Shown: piece after piece, positions 27,053-37,056 of the stretch
Numbering within the stretch: position 1 is the first letter of the stretch
Layout: every line of letters starts with the position of its first letter
Notes under the pieces: model-generated
The model's input: only the letters and a program-made list of their open reading frames with translations
The model's database searches: none
What the model was told of the DNA's origin: nothing
Translations under genes and position numbers: made by a program
Source: Spirochaetia bacterium
GTDB lineage: Bacteria; Spirochaetota; Spirochaetia; SZUA-6; Bin103
Assembly (NCBI GenBank): GCA_965199955.1
Contig: CBDATQ010000001.1
Coordinates: forward strand, 1,312,001 to 1,376,000
Direction of reading: 5' to 3'
Length of the DNA: 64,000 nucleotides

Positions 27053-30000
27053 GCGAGCGGCCCGTCGGCGACGGCGACGTCGGCCGTGTCGATATCGGAC
27101 ATGTCGACCTCGCCGGCGACGACCGGATCGACGCGATCGCCGCCCGTGACGACATCGTCGTCGTGAACGCCGTCGAAGCGGAGACGCTCGACGGCTGGCA
27201 GATCAACGTCGGCCAGCAGAACACGCCGTTCCGGGTCGGCTACGGGGTCTATCGGACGCCGTCGGTGGCCGCGTCGGGCATGCCGGCGGTGCTGCGCCAT
27301 CGGTTCTGGCTGCCCCCGGAGAAGGAGCAGGTGTGCGGCCGCAAGTACATCGGCCTGCTGCTGTACGCGTCGGACCGTGACGACTACCGCTACACCCTGC
27401 AGGCCGGCGCGGAGCTCCTGGGCACGGTGCGGCCGGAGCGCCTGGACAACCGCCGGCACCTAGTCGTCGCCGAGCGCCCGGTCGAGATCCTGGGCGCCGG
27501 CGTGCCGTTCACGGTGCGCGCGGAGGGCACCGGCCCCTGCTACCTGGAGAAGCTGCTGTTTCTCACCGAGCTGCCCGAGGCGTCGTCGTTCGCGCCGCGC
27601 CTGGACCGCCTCAGCACCCGTGTGACCGCGCCTGGCACGGTGGAGCTGCACGGCATCGCCTCCGAGCCGGTGGCGGTGACCGCGACGGCGACACCGCTGG
27701 AGGGCGTCGGCGCCACGGTGAGCGCGGCCAGCGGCGAGCCGTATCCGCTGCTGGCGCTGCCGTTGCGGGGGTTGACCCCTGGCCTGCCCTATCGGATCGA
27801 CGTGGAGGCTCGCGAGCCCGGCGGCGAGATCACCCGCGCAACCGTCGACGTGCCGGCGGACGCTCCGTCGCTCGAAGCGGAGGCTGCGGACCTGCGGATC
27901 CCGATCGAGGTGGTCGACTGCGGGCGTGAGGACAGCACCGGAGCGGCGCGGTGCGGAGACGCGGCGACGGGAATGCCGCTGACTTTCGCCGTGCCGTTGC
28001 CGCGGGGCGCGCTACGGCAGCCGGCGGCGCGGGTGAGCTTTGCCGCGTCCGCCGTGGACCCGGACGGCGAGGAGGCACAGGTGCGCGTGCACGCGCGCTG
28101 GCCCGACGGCAGTGCGCGCTGGGCGCTGCTGGACACGGGCTGCCCTGGCGGCGCCCTGCCGGCCAGCGGCATGGTCACGCTCACCGGCGCGGACGCCACG
28201 GCTCCCGCGGGCGCCAGCGACCTGACCTGGAGCCAGGAGGGCGGCGCGGTAACCGCGGGCAACGGCCACGTGCGGGTGACGATGCGGCAGGGCGGCGACC
28301 TCTTGGAGCGGGTCGAGGCGCTTCGGGACGGGGAATGGATGACCATCTGCCGCGGCGGCGGCCTGCACGGAGCGCTGGGAAGCGGGGTGCCGCTGAACTC
28401 GGGACCGGTCGAGGAGGCGCACATCGAGGAAGCGGGGCAGCGCCGGCTGGCGATCCGCACCGAGGTGCCGGTAGCCGATCCGAACGGCGTCGCGCACCTG
28501 CGTGCCTCGGTGCTGGTGCAGATCCACGCCGGCCAGCCGTTCCTGACGCTCACGCAGCGCCTGGTGGTCGTCAGTCCGCTGGCCGGCGCGGCCATGCACG
28601 GCGATCTCAGCCACTTGGCAGACTCCGTGGCAGACGCCGACATCGACGGTGCCGAGCACGAGAAGGCGTCGCTGCTGCGCGTGCGCTCGCTGGAGCTGCG
28701 GCTGCCTTGGCAGCCGATCCGGGCGGTGGACATGCCCGGCGGCACAGCCGCTGCGCCTGCGCCCGGCGCGCCGGTGCGGGTGGCGCACGAGCACGACCGC
28801 GCCTACCTCGTGGAGGGTGAGGGCCGGTCGCACACCGTCGAAGGCCACGCATCCGGCCGCCTCGCCATCGAAAGCGAGGCCGGCCCGTGCCTGCTGGCGG
28901 TCCGCGACTTCTGGGAGCTCTACCCGAAGGCCGTGCGCAGCGACGCCGACACGCTCGCCGTCGAGCTGCTGCCGGCCCTGGGCGAGGAGGTCGAGCTCCC
29001 GGACTTCGAGCGCGAATGGCACCGGCTCTACTTCTGGGTCGACCGGCCGTCCGGCTGCTACCGGATCAAGGTGGGCAGCGCCCTCACCACGGAGCTGATG
29101 CTCTGCTTCGCTGCCGACTGCGAGCGGCAGAACGCGACGGCCGACTGGTTTCAGGGCCGACTGGCCGTCCGCCCCGACTTCGGCTACCTGGGGAGCACCG
29201 GCGTCCTGGAGCCGCTGGCCGCCAAGCACGACTCGCCCCATCCGCCCTACGAGCGCATGGTCGACCGGGCGCTCGCCGAGTGGCTGGAGCACCGCTCCAG
29301 CCGCCACGAGGTCGGCTTCATGAACTACGGCGACACCTTCAAGGGCGATGCCGAGGCCGGCGGCTTCTGGGAGAACAACGAGTACGACGCCACCTGGTGC
29401 CACCTGGTCGAGTTCCTGCGCGGCGGCGACCCGCGCTGGCTGCCCCTGGGATATGAGACGGCGCGACACACGCTCGACATCGACACCTGCAACCACTCCC
29501 GCGACCCGGCGCAGGTCGGCGCGCAGGTCATGCACATGGCCGGCCACGTCGGCGGCTACCTGCCGCCGTTCTTCCGTAACAAGATGGCAGGCTCCGCCAC
29601 CATGCCGTCGCACATGTGGGTGCAGGGCCCGGCGCTCTACTTCCTGCTTACCGGCGACCCCTTCGCCGGTGGGGTCCTGGCGGACACCGCGCGCTGGATG
29701 ACCGGCAACCTGCGCCACTACACCATCAAGAGCGCGCGCGAGTGCGGCTGGCAGCTCATCCACCTGTGCGCCCTGGACCGACTCGGCGACGATCCCCGCT
29801 ACCTCAACGCGGCTGCCGTCATCGTCGAGCACGTCCTGGCCGCGCAGAGCCCCGGCGGCGGCTGGCAGCGGGTCCTCACCGCCAGCCACGGTGGCCGGGG
29901 GCTGCCGCGGCCGCTCGGCGAGGCCGGCTTCATGGTCGGGGTACTGCTGTCGGCGCTGCGCCGCTATCATGACCTGACGGGCGATCAGAGGGTGGCGGAA

Positions 30001-30327
30001 GCGATCACGGGCGGAGTGCGCTGGCTGGTCGAGCACACCTACGACCGCGGCGCCGGACACTTCCGCTACACGTCGTGCCCGGAGGCCGGCGGCGAACCTT
30101 CGCCCGAGTGGTCGATACAGGTGCTGGAAGGGCTGGCCGACGGCAACCGCATTGCCCCCAGCGCGGAGGTCGCGGCCATCCTGCGCCGCAACCTGGCCGA
30201 CATCGGCCTGACCGGCGAGGAGCTGATCGGCCGCCCGCGGGTGGGCAAGGCGCTCACCCAGGAGGCGCGCTACATCCCGACGCTGCTGCAGGCGCTGAAC
30301 GACGGCGCGGCGGAGAGCCCGAGCTGA
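27049..30327 (+). CDS. Large YetA/PL26 (exo-rhamnogalacturonan lyase)-like multidomain protein
   Basis: PLTFAVPLPRG and RWPDGS.RW RIFT-barrel-like motifs, DFWE.YPK, G..NYGD...WENNEYD, H..DID, C-terminal helical toroid; family recognised from memory. Confidence 0.65.
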   Translation: MSERPVGDGDVGRVDIGHVDLAGDDRIDAIAARDDIVVVNAVEAETLDGWQINVGQQNTPFRVGYGVYRTPSVAASGMPAVLRHRFWLPPEKEQVCGRKYIGLLLYASDRDDYRYTLQAGAELLGTVRPERLDNRRHLVVAERPVEILGAGVPFTVRAEGTGPCYLEKLLFLTELPEASSFAPRLDRLSTRVTAPGTVELHGIASEPVAVTATATPLEGVGATVSAASGEPYPLLALPLRGLTPGLPYRIDVEAREPGGEITRATVDVPADAPSLEAEAADLRIPIEVVDCGREDSTGAARCGDAATGMPLTFAVPLPRGALRQPAARVSFAASAVDPDGEEAQVRVHARWPDGSARWALLDTGCPGGALPASGMVTLTGADATAPAGASDLTWSQEGGAVTAGNGHVRVTMRQGGDLLERVEALRDGEWMTICRGGGLHGALGSGVPLNSGPVEEAHIEEAGQRRLAIRTEVPVADPNGVAHLRASVLVQIHAGQPFLTLTQRLVVVSPLAGAAMHGDLSHLADSVADADIDGAEHEKASLLRVRSLELRLPWQPIRAVDMPGGTAAAPAPGAPVRVAHEHDRAYLVEGEGRSHTVEGHASGRLAIESEAGPCLLAVRDFWELYPKAVRSDADTLAVELLPALGEEVELPDFEREWHRLYFWVDRPSGCYRIKVGSALTTELMLCFAADCERQNATADWFQGRLAVRPDFGYLGSTGVLEPLAAKHDSPHPPYERMVDRALAEWLEHRSSRHEVGFMNYGDTFKGDAEAGGFWENNEYDATWCHLVEFLRGGDPRWLPLGYETARHTLDIDTCNHSRDPAQVGAQVMHMAGHVGGYLPPFFRNKMAGSATMPSHMWVQGPALYFLLTGDPFAGGVLADTARWMTGNLRHYTIKSARECGWQLIHLCALDRLGDDPRYLNAAAVIVEHVLAAQSPGGGWQRVLTASHGGRGLPRPLGEAGFMVGVLLSALRRYHDLTGDQRVAEAITGGVRWLVEHTYDRGAGHFRYTSCPEAGGEPSPEWSIQVLEGLADGNRIAPSAEVAAILRRNLADIGLTGEELIGRPRVGKALTQEARYIPTLLQALNDGAAESPS

Positions 30328-30329
30328 GC

Positions 30330-31307
30330 ATGGCCAGCCAAACGCCCGGGGTCAGCCAGGCGGCCCGTGCGCCCGCCGGCCTGCGCGGCAGGTTGGCGTC
30401 GCTGATCACGCGCATGCGCAAGGATCCCGCCCTGTACGTGATGCTGGCGGTGCCGGTCGCGTACTTCCTGATCTTCCACTACCAGCCGATGTACGGGGTG
30501 ATCATCGCGTTCAAGAACTTCAACTTCAGGGGCGGCATCCTGGGCAGCCCCTGGGCGGATGACTTCGGCTTCTATCACTTCATCCGCTTCTTCTCCTCGA
30601 ACGCGTCCTTCCGCCTGATCAACAACACCTTCCAGCTCTCCTTCTGGTCGCTGCTGGCGGGCTTCCCGGCGCCGATCATCCTGGCCCTGCTGCTGCACGA
30701 ATGCCGCCTGCCGCGCTTCAAGAAGACGGTGCAGACGGTCACCTACCTTCCGCACTTCATCTCCATCGTCGCCATCGTCGGCATCCTCACCCTGCTGCTG
30801 TCGCCGCGCGACGGATCGATCAACCACATCATCGCCCTGCTGGGCCTGGAGCCGGTCTACTTCATGGCCGACACACGGTGGTTCCGGCCGGTCTACGTCC
30901 TGTCCGGCATCTGGCAGAGCGTGGGCTTCGGGGCGATCATCTACCTGGCCGCGCTCAGCCGCGCCAATCCCGAGCTCTACGAGGCGGCCACCGTGGACGG
31001 CGCCAGCCGTCTGCAGCGCATCCGGTACGTGTCGGTGCCCAGCTTGGCATCGGTGGCGATCATCCTGCTGATCCTGCAGACCGGAGGCATCCTGTCGGTG
31101 GGCTTTCAGAAGGTGTTCCTGATGCAGAACGACCTCAACATCCGCGTCTCCGACGTGATCGCGACCTACGTGTACCGGGTCGGGCTGCTCGGCGCGGAGC
31201 GCTCGTTCGCGACCGCGGTGGGGCTGTTCCAGTCCGTCGTCGGCCTGGTGCTGCTGACGATCGTCAACAAGGTCAGCTCCAAGGTGTCGGAGACCTCCCT
31301 GTGGTAG
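30330..31307 (+). CDS. Carbohydrate ABC transporter permease (LplB-like)
   Basis: HYQPMYG..IAFK, FPAPIILAL, YLPHFIS, ELYEAA.VDGA, SETSLW end. Confidence 0.92.
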   Translation: MASQTPGVSQAARAPAGLRGRLASLITRMRKDPALYVMLAVPVAYFLIFHYQPMYGVIIAFKNFNFRGGILGSPWADDFGFYHFIRFFSSNASFRLINNTFQLSFWSLLAGFPAPIILALLLHECRLPRFKKTVQTVTYLPHFISIVAIVGILTLLLSPRDGSINHIIALLGLEPVYFMADTRWFRPVYVLSGIWQSVGFGAIIYLAALSRANPELYEAATVDGASRLQRIRYVSVPSLASVAIILLILQTGGILSVGFQKVFLMQNDLNIRVSDVIATYVYRVGLLGAERSFATAVGLFQSVVGLVLLTIVNKVSSKVSETSLW

Positions 31308-32191
31308 GGGTACGCCGCATCGAGCGGTTCGACCTGCTCGTCGTCGCGGTGCTCTTCCTGGCAGGAGCCGCGACCCTCTACCCGGTCATCAACGTCTTCT
31401 CCATCTCGCTGAGCCACCCGAACGAGGTCGCGCGCGGCATCACCTGGCTGCCGCGCCACATCGACCTGAGCGCCTACGAGTTCATCCTCGACCACCCCAT
31501 GATCGGCGTCGGCTACCGCAACTCGCTGATCTACGTCGTGCTCGGGACGACCATCAACCTGATCATGACCTGCCTGTGCGCCTACCCGCTGTCCAAGAAG
31601 CGCCTGGTAGGGCGCAAGTTCGTGACGCTCCTGATCGTGTTCACGATGTTCTTCTCCGGCGGGCTGATTCCGACCTATCTGCTGGTGCGGGCGCTGGGGA
31701 TGGTCAACTCCATATGGGCGCTGTTCTTCCCGACTGCGATCGCGGTATGGAACATGATCATCCTGCGCACCTTCTTCCAGTCGATTCCGGAGGACCTGGA
31801 GGAGTCGGCCTTCCTGGACGGCGCCGGGCGGTGGCGGATCCTGGCCAGCATCGTCCTGCCCCTCTCCAAGGCGGGCCTGGCCGCGATCGGCCTGTTCTAC
31901 GCCCTGGACCACTGGAACGACTACTTCAGCGCGCTGATCTACCTCAACGATGCGGAGAAGTACCCGCTGCCGATGATCGTGCGCGAGATCGTGCTGCAGG
32001 AGGTGGTGCTCAAGCGCCAGGAGCTTGCCGGCGACGCGTTCGACGCGGAGCGGGAGGCGAGGTACGCCGCCTACACGCAGAATTTTCGGTACGCGACGGT
32101 ATTCGTGTCGATAATACCCATGTTGATCATCTATCCGTTCGTGCAACGGTACCTGGTACAGGGAGTGATGATCGGATCACTCAAGGAATGA
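31301..32191 (+). CDS. Carbohydrate ABC transporter permease (LplC-like)
   Basis: MFFSGGLIPTY, EDLEESA.LDGA, YPFVQRY.V.GVMIGSLKE; GTG start overlaps the upstream stop. Confidence 0.92.
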   Translation: MVGVRRIERFDLLVVAVLFLAGAATLYPVINVFSISLSHPNEVARGITWLPRHIDLSAYEFILDHPMIGVGYRNSLIYVVLGTTINLIMTCLCAYPLSKKRLVGRKFVTLLIVFTMFFSGGLIPTYLLVRALGMVNSIWALFFPTAIAVWNMIILRTFFQSIPEDLEESAFLDGAGRWRILASIVLPLSKAGLAAIGLFYALDHWNDYFSALIYLNDAEKYPLPMIVREIVLQEVVLKRQELAGDAFDAEREARYAAYTQNFRYATVFVSIIPMLIIYPFVQRYLVQGVMIGSLKE

Positions 32192-32286
32192 CGGCGCCGC
32201 GGCCGCCAGACGCGGCCGGCCCTTTGTCAAAGGGAGGCGCAAACACCACGCTTCACCCAAGGGAGGGTGAGGCAGAGGAAGGCAGG

Positions 32287-33861
32287 ATGAAGAAACTGAT
32301 TCTCATCCCCACGATACTCGCGCTGGTCGCAGCGGGAGCTTTTGCGACCGGCGAGGAGGAGGGTGCCGCGGCGGCGCCGACGCTGGTCTACTGGACCGAC
32401 AACCCCAACCTGACCTCGGACGCTGCGGTCTACGCCATCGTCCTGGAGGAGGCGCAGGTGCAGCTCGACGTCACCGGGATTCCGGAGGAGTCCTACGGCG
32501 ACAAGGTGCAGCTCGCGGCCGCCGCCGGCGACATGCCCGACATGATGGGACGGATCATCGACAACGTCGTGCGTCCGCTGGGCCATGACGGGTTCCTGAT
32601 GCCGCTCCGCGACATCACCATGGAGAAGGTGCCCAACCTGTGGCAGTCCATCGAGGCGCGCGGCCTGAACATCGCCGCCCACTCCGGGCTGTTCGGCGAC
32701 GGCATGGGCGAGTTCTGGATGGCGCCGCGCTTCGCCTACACCGGCATCTGCAACGCTGTCTCGTACCGCGTGGACGTCTTCGAGGCCATCGGCATGGATC
32801 CGCCGACCACCACCGCCGAACTGCGCGAAGCGGCCGCGGCGATCAAGGCGATGTTCCCGGACATGATCCCGATCATGACCCGCGCCGGCTGGGCTACCCG
32901 GATGTGGTTCCGCGAGATGTTCGGACTCGCGTTCGAGCCCATGGGCTCGGTCTATCAGGCCTCCGATCGCTACCGCGACATGCTCAGGTTCCTGGCCGAT
33001 CTCTACGTGAACGACCTGATCGACCAGGAGTGGTTCACCGGCAGCGACGAGCAGCTCAAGCAGGCCTTCAACGCGGGCCGGGTGGCGATGGAGAACGGCT
33101 TCGGCGCATTCGGCATGCCGGGGCGCGTCGGCGCGTTCATGGCCGAGCACGGCATCACCGCCGAGGATTACGAAGCCGCCAAGAGGTCGGAAGCGGCCGC
33201 CAAGGAATACGCGGCCCGTTACCACGAGATCATCGGCTTCCTGGATCCGATCACGGTCGAGCCCGGCGCGGACGTGGTGCCGGGGTGCATCGGCGGCACC
33301 CGCGGCGGCTTCGAGGACTCAGGTCTCTCGGTGAGCACCTCGGTGTCGGACGTCGACGCCGCCATGCGGCTGCTCAACTGGATCTACCAGCCGGACGCCA
33401 GCGGTCACCATACCGGTGAGTGGGGCAAGCAGGGAGTCGCCTGGGACTACGACGACGGCGTCGGCCGCGTGCTGCCCACCAAGGATCCCGATTACATCGG
33501 CGAGGCCGCGTTCATGATGATGCCGGACGTCGTCCGCGTGTCGTCGATCCCCCTCTACCAGACGCTGCGTGACATGGATCAACGCGTGAAGGACCGCGCC
33601 TACCTGGAGACCCGCGACGTGATCGCGTTCGCGGACGAGAAGGACCGCCAGCGGCACAGCGACCTGGGCGCCCAGATCGGCCCGATCATCAGCGAGTGGT
33701 TGGGCAAGTTCGCGACCGGACAGGCGGACGTGGACTCGCAGTGGGAGGAGTACATCGCCGAGCTGAAGAAGGCCGGGCTCGACGAGTACCAGCAGCTCAA
33801 GATGGACAACCTGGTCGAAGGTGTCCCGCACCTGCAGCCGCTGTCTCAGTTCGTGAACTGA
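32287..33861 (+). CDS. Extracellular solute-binding protein, family 1
   Basis: Signal peptide MKKLILIPTILALVAAGAFA-TGEEEG; A.GDMPD, YR.D.....G..PPTT..EL, KF.TG..D....W.EY...L...GL. Confidence 0.88.
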   Translation: MKKLILIPTILALVAAGAFATGEEEGAAAAPTLVYWTDNPNLTSDAAVYAIVLEEAQVQLDVTGIPEESYGDKVQLAAAAGDMPDMMGRIIDNVVRPLGHDGFLMPLRDITMEKVPNLWQSIEARGLNIAAHSGLFGDGMGEFWMAPRFAYTGICNAVSYRVDVFEAIGMDPPTTTAELREAAAAIKAMFPDMIPIMTRAGWATRMWFREMFGLAFEPMGSVYQASDRYRDMLRFLADLYVNDLIDQEWFTGSDEQLKQAFNAGRVAMENGFGAFGMPGRVGAFMAEHGITAEDYEAAKRSEAAAKEYAARYHEIIGFLDPITVEPGADVVPGCIGGTRGGFEDSGLSVSTSVSDVDAAMRLLNWIYQPDASGHHTGEWGKQGVAWDYDDGVGRVLPTKDPDYIGEAAFMMMPDVVRVSSIPLYQTLRDMDQRVKDRAYLETRDVIAFADEKDRQRHSDLGAQIGPIISEWLGKFATGQADVDSQWEEYIAELKKAGLDEYQQLKMDNLVEGVPHLQPLSQFVN

Positions 33862-33883
33862 CCGACAGAAGCTGTGCGTTTCC

Positions 33884-33918
33884 AGCGGCTCCGGATCCCT
33901 TGAGGGTTCGGAGCCGCT
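33884..33918. terminator. Hairpin between convergent genes (likely terminator)
   Basis: agcggctccggatccct-tg-agggttcggagccgct near-perfect stem. Confidence 0.6.
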
Positions 33919-33949
33919 CTTCATTGGTCTGGTGGGGTCTGCAAGCCCC

Positions 33950-34780
33950 TCAGACCACGCCGCCGCCGCCGTCCACGGTGATGGCGGAGCCAGTGATCAT
34001 CTCCGCGGCGTCGGAGGCGAGGAACGCGAACGCCTCGGCGATCTCCTCCGCCCGGGGAAGGCGTCCCCAGGGCGTTCCGCGGACGCGGCTCTCGTAGTTG
34101 GCCGGATTGTCGATCGAGGTGGACCAGTCGTTGGGACTGTGCTCGGCAGAGCCGCGGATGAACGGCGTGTCCACGTGGCCGGGGTTCACTTGGCAGCAAC
34201 GGATTCCCTCGGCGGCGTATGAGCCCGCCGTGGCCGCGGTGAGGGCGCTCACTCCGAACTTGCTGCAGGCGTAGGCGGGCGCACCGCCGCCGGCGCGCAG
34301 CGAAGCCAGCGAGCCCACGCTGATGATGCAGCCGCCGCCGGCCCGGCGCATGGCCGGCACCACCGCCTTGATGCCGATGAAGATGCCGGTAAGGTTCAGC
34401 TCCAGGATGCGCCGGAACTGCGCCACCGTCATCTCGTCGTAGCTCACCCGGTGGTTGCCGCCGGCCAGGTAGCACATGGTGGTCAGGCTCCCGAAGCGGG
34501 ACTCCACCTGCTCCACGGCTGCCTGCCATGCCTCCGGTTCGGTGACGTCCAGCGGCACCGCCATCGCCTCCGAGCCGCCACCCGTCAACTCCGCGGCCAC
34601 CGCCGCGGCTGCCTCGATCCGATAGTCGGCCACCGCCACCCGCGCCCCGTCCGCCGCGAACCGCCGCGACACCGCCGAGCCCATGCCGCCCGCACCGCCG
34701 GCGATCAGCGCTACCCGGCCATCCAGTTGCCGCTGGCTGCGCTGCCTTTTGCGCTGTTCCCGTTCCATCGACACCTCCAT
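33950..34780 (-). CDS. Short-chain dehydrogenase/reductase
   Basis: ALIAGGAGGMG, S, YACSK (YxxxK), VNPG.VDT, ITG..I.VDGG. Confidence 0.92.
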   Translation of the reverse strand: MEVSMEREQRKRQRSQRQLDGRVALIAGGAGGMGSAVSRRFAADGARVAVADYRIEAAAAVAAELTGGGSEAMAVPLDVTEPEAWQAAVEQVESRFGSLTTMCYLAGGNHRVSYDEMTVAQFRRILELNLTGIFIGIKAVVPAMRRAGGGCIISVGSLASLRAGGGAPAYACSKFGVSALTAATAGSYAAEGIRCCQVNPGHVDTPFIRGSAEHSPNDWSTSIDNPANYESRVRGTPWGRLPRAEEIAEAFAFLASDAAEMITGSAITVDGGGGVV

Positions 34781-34914
34781 GCGGCCCCCTTCTGCCGAGT
34801 GAGTGATGCCCATCGGCTCCGGCGTGCGCTGTTCATCCCGTTTGACAGTTCTCCGAAGGCGCGCCTACGATCCGGACTCATATCGGCGGGCATACCGAGT
34901 GGGACTGCGAGTTG

Positions 34915-35920
34915 ACGAGCCGGGCAGTGCCGGGAAAGACGCATGATCTGGCCTTGCACCTGCAGAACGAGAGCGGCACACACGAAACGGAGTTCATCAA
35001 CTACTACGGCCTCATAGGAGGTCCTGTCAATAGGAGTGTAAACGAGTCAGGCAGCGTCCCGCTCCTGATCTTCGATTCGAATTCCGTCTCGGTACTCGGC
35101 TCCCACCCACACATCTTGAAGTAGCTCCGTCAACAGCCCGTGGTGGGCGCCGTATATCATCGACATATTCCTGCAGGTGTGCCCGAATCTCGATTTCGTG
35201 GGGATAGACGGCGTATACAGCGTGGTCGAGCCGAACCAGCTGACGGTAGGCCAGCGCGGGAGGAATCTCGCATTCGCCGCGGAGTCGCCGACGGAGGCGC
35301 CCTCCACAAAGCCCTGCCTGCCCATGCTGCCCTACTACACGGCGCTGAAGATGAACGGCTTGGGAAACCTGCTGTGGGAAGCGCCGGATCCGGATACAGT
35401 GGTGAACGATAGAGCGGCATTCGTGCGGTTCAAGAGAGCGCTGTATCCGATCAAGAACGCGATGATCCCTCTCGTCGAAGCTCGAAATCGCAAGCGGCTG
35501 ACCGTATGGTACTCTCAGAGCGCAAACGTGGAAAAGAAGATGGAGATCGACATCTTCGGCAACCGCATAGATTTGCAAACCCCGTGTCTTATAGCGGAAA
35601 GGGGACGGTGTTGATCGAAGGGCGTACGGTGAGGACGGTACGCGATGGGCCGTTCGACCTCAGGGTCGGAGAGGTGAAGCGGAATGTCGCCGGCAGTCAG
35701 GCGGGTTTTGTAATACCGTTCAAGGACGGACTAATCGTCGGGACCGGCGGGGCTTCCATCGGCATCGAGGGAAGCCGCTCGGTCGCTGTGGAGACAGGTC
35801 GCTTCGAGGGGCGACGATGGGTCAGCGAAGGCCGATTGTCGTTGGAGCGAGGCAGGCTGCGCGTTGCACCGGGGTTGGTAACGATCTCGGGATCGGCCGT
35901 ACTTGCGGGTCTCGTGCCGG
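34915..35920 (+). pseudogene. Fragmented C-terminal part of a hypothetical protein (possibly glycoside-hydrolase-like), lower GC
   Basis: Protein-like segments across shifting frames (…PWWAPYIIDIFLQVCPNLDFVGIDGVY…RNLAFAAES…; …VETGRFEG.RW…); no start region. Confidence 0.4.
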
Positions 35921-35948
35921 ATCCGACAGACTCCACCGTGTGAACAGC

Positions 35949-37040
35949 ATGGAGTACCCGCCCGAGGGACGCACGCGCACCGATCCGAACACGGGGGTCC
36001 GCGTCCGTCAGGTCACCGACCACCCGTCGATCAACCATCATCCGTTCTACTACCTGCCGGCTATGGACGACGCCATGCGGCACCTGGTATTCGTCTCGCA
36101 CCGTAGCGGACGGCCGGAGATCTTCGTGGAGGTGCAGGAGGACGGCATGCTGGTGCAGCTCACCGAGCACGAGGGGCTGGCGGAGTGGTCCGTCCACCCC
36201 TCCCACGACGGCCGCCACGTGTACTTCACCGACACGGGCGGCGGCTGGCGGGTCGAGGTGGGGTCGCGGAGGGAGGAGCAGCTCTTCTCGTTCGACGACG
36301 GCCGCACCGCGATCGAAGGCCAGGTCGGAGCGGCCATGGGGACGACCACGGTCAGCGGTGACGACCGCTGGTGGGCGGTGCCGGTGAGCTTCGGCGATCG
36401 CTCCCGCATGCTGGTGATCGACACCGCCACGGGCGCGGCCGACTACGTGCTGGAGGCGGACGGCATCGGCCACCCGGAGTTCCATCCCGACGACGCGGAG
36501 TGGTTCCGCTACGCAGGTTCCTACCAGGCGCGCATCTGGGTGGCGCGCCGGGACGGCAGCCGGAACCGTTTGGCCTACGAGCGGGACGCTGCCGCCAAGG
36601 AGTGGATCGTGCACGAGACGTGGCGCCCGGGCACGCGCGAGATCGTCACCACCCAGTGGCCGCACGGCATGATCGGCATCGACGTGGACACCGGCAAGGT
36701 GCGGCGGGTCTGTTCCTTCAACGCGTGGCACGCCGCCATCAGCCGCGACGGATCGAGGCTGGTGAGCGACACCACCTTTCCGGACAACGGGCTGATGGTA
36801 TTCGACGCCACCGACGGGGTGGGCGAGCCGCAGCCGCTCTGCGCTTCCGAGTCCAGCAACGAGGGCGCGCACTGGGACACCGACCACTGCCCGTACGACG
36901 ACGGCCCGACGAAAGTGTACGCCCCGCAGCACACCCACCCGCACCCGGCCTTCTCCCCCGACGGCCGACAGGTGGTGTTCACCAGCGACCGGGGCGGCTT
37001 CGCGCAGGTGTACGTCTCCGAGGTGCCCGCAGCGTCGTAG
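35949..37040 (+). CDS. Oligogalacturonate lyase family (PL22-like) beta-propeller
   Basis: DP.TGV.V.Q.T.....HHPFYY, QLT, GHP.F.P.D, .HETW, AWH, HPHP.FSPDG..V.FTSD. Confidence 0.8.
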   Translation: MEYPPEGRTRTDPNTGVRVRQVTDHPSINHHPFYYLPAMDDAMRHLVFVSHRSGRPEIFVEVQEDGMLVQLTEHEGLAEWSVHPSHDGRHVYFTDTGGGWRVEVGSRREEQLFSFDDGRTAIEGQVGAAMGTTTVSGDDRWWAVPVSFGDRSRMLVIDTATGAADYVLEADGIGHPEFHPDDAEWFRYAGSYQARIWVARRDGSRNRLAYERDAAAKEWIVHETWRPGTREIVTTQWPHGMIGIDVDTGKVRRVCSFNAWHAAISRDGSRLVSDTTFPDNGLMVFDATDGVGEPQPLCASESSNEGAHWDTDHCPYDDGPTKVYAPQHTHPHPAFSPDGRQVVFTSDRGGFAQVYVSEVPAAS

Positions 37041-37056
37041 CCCGCCGGCGCAGGGC

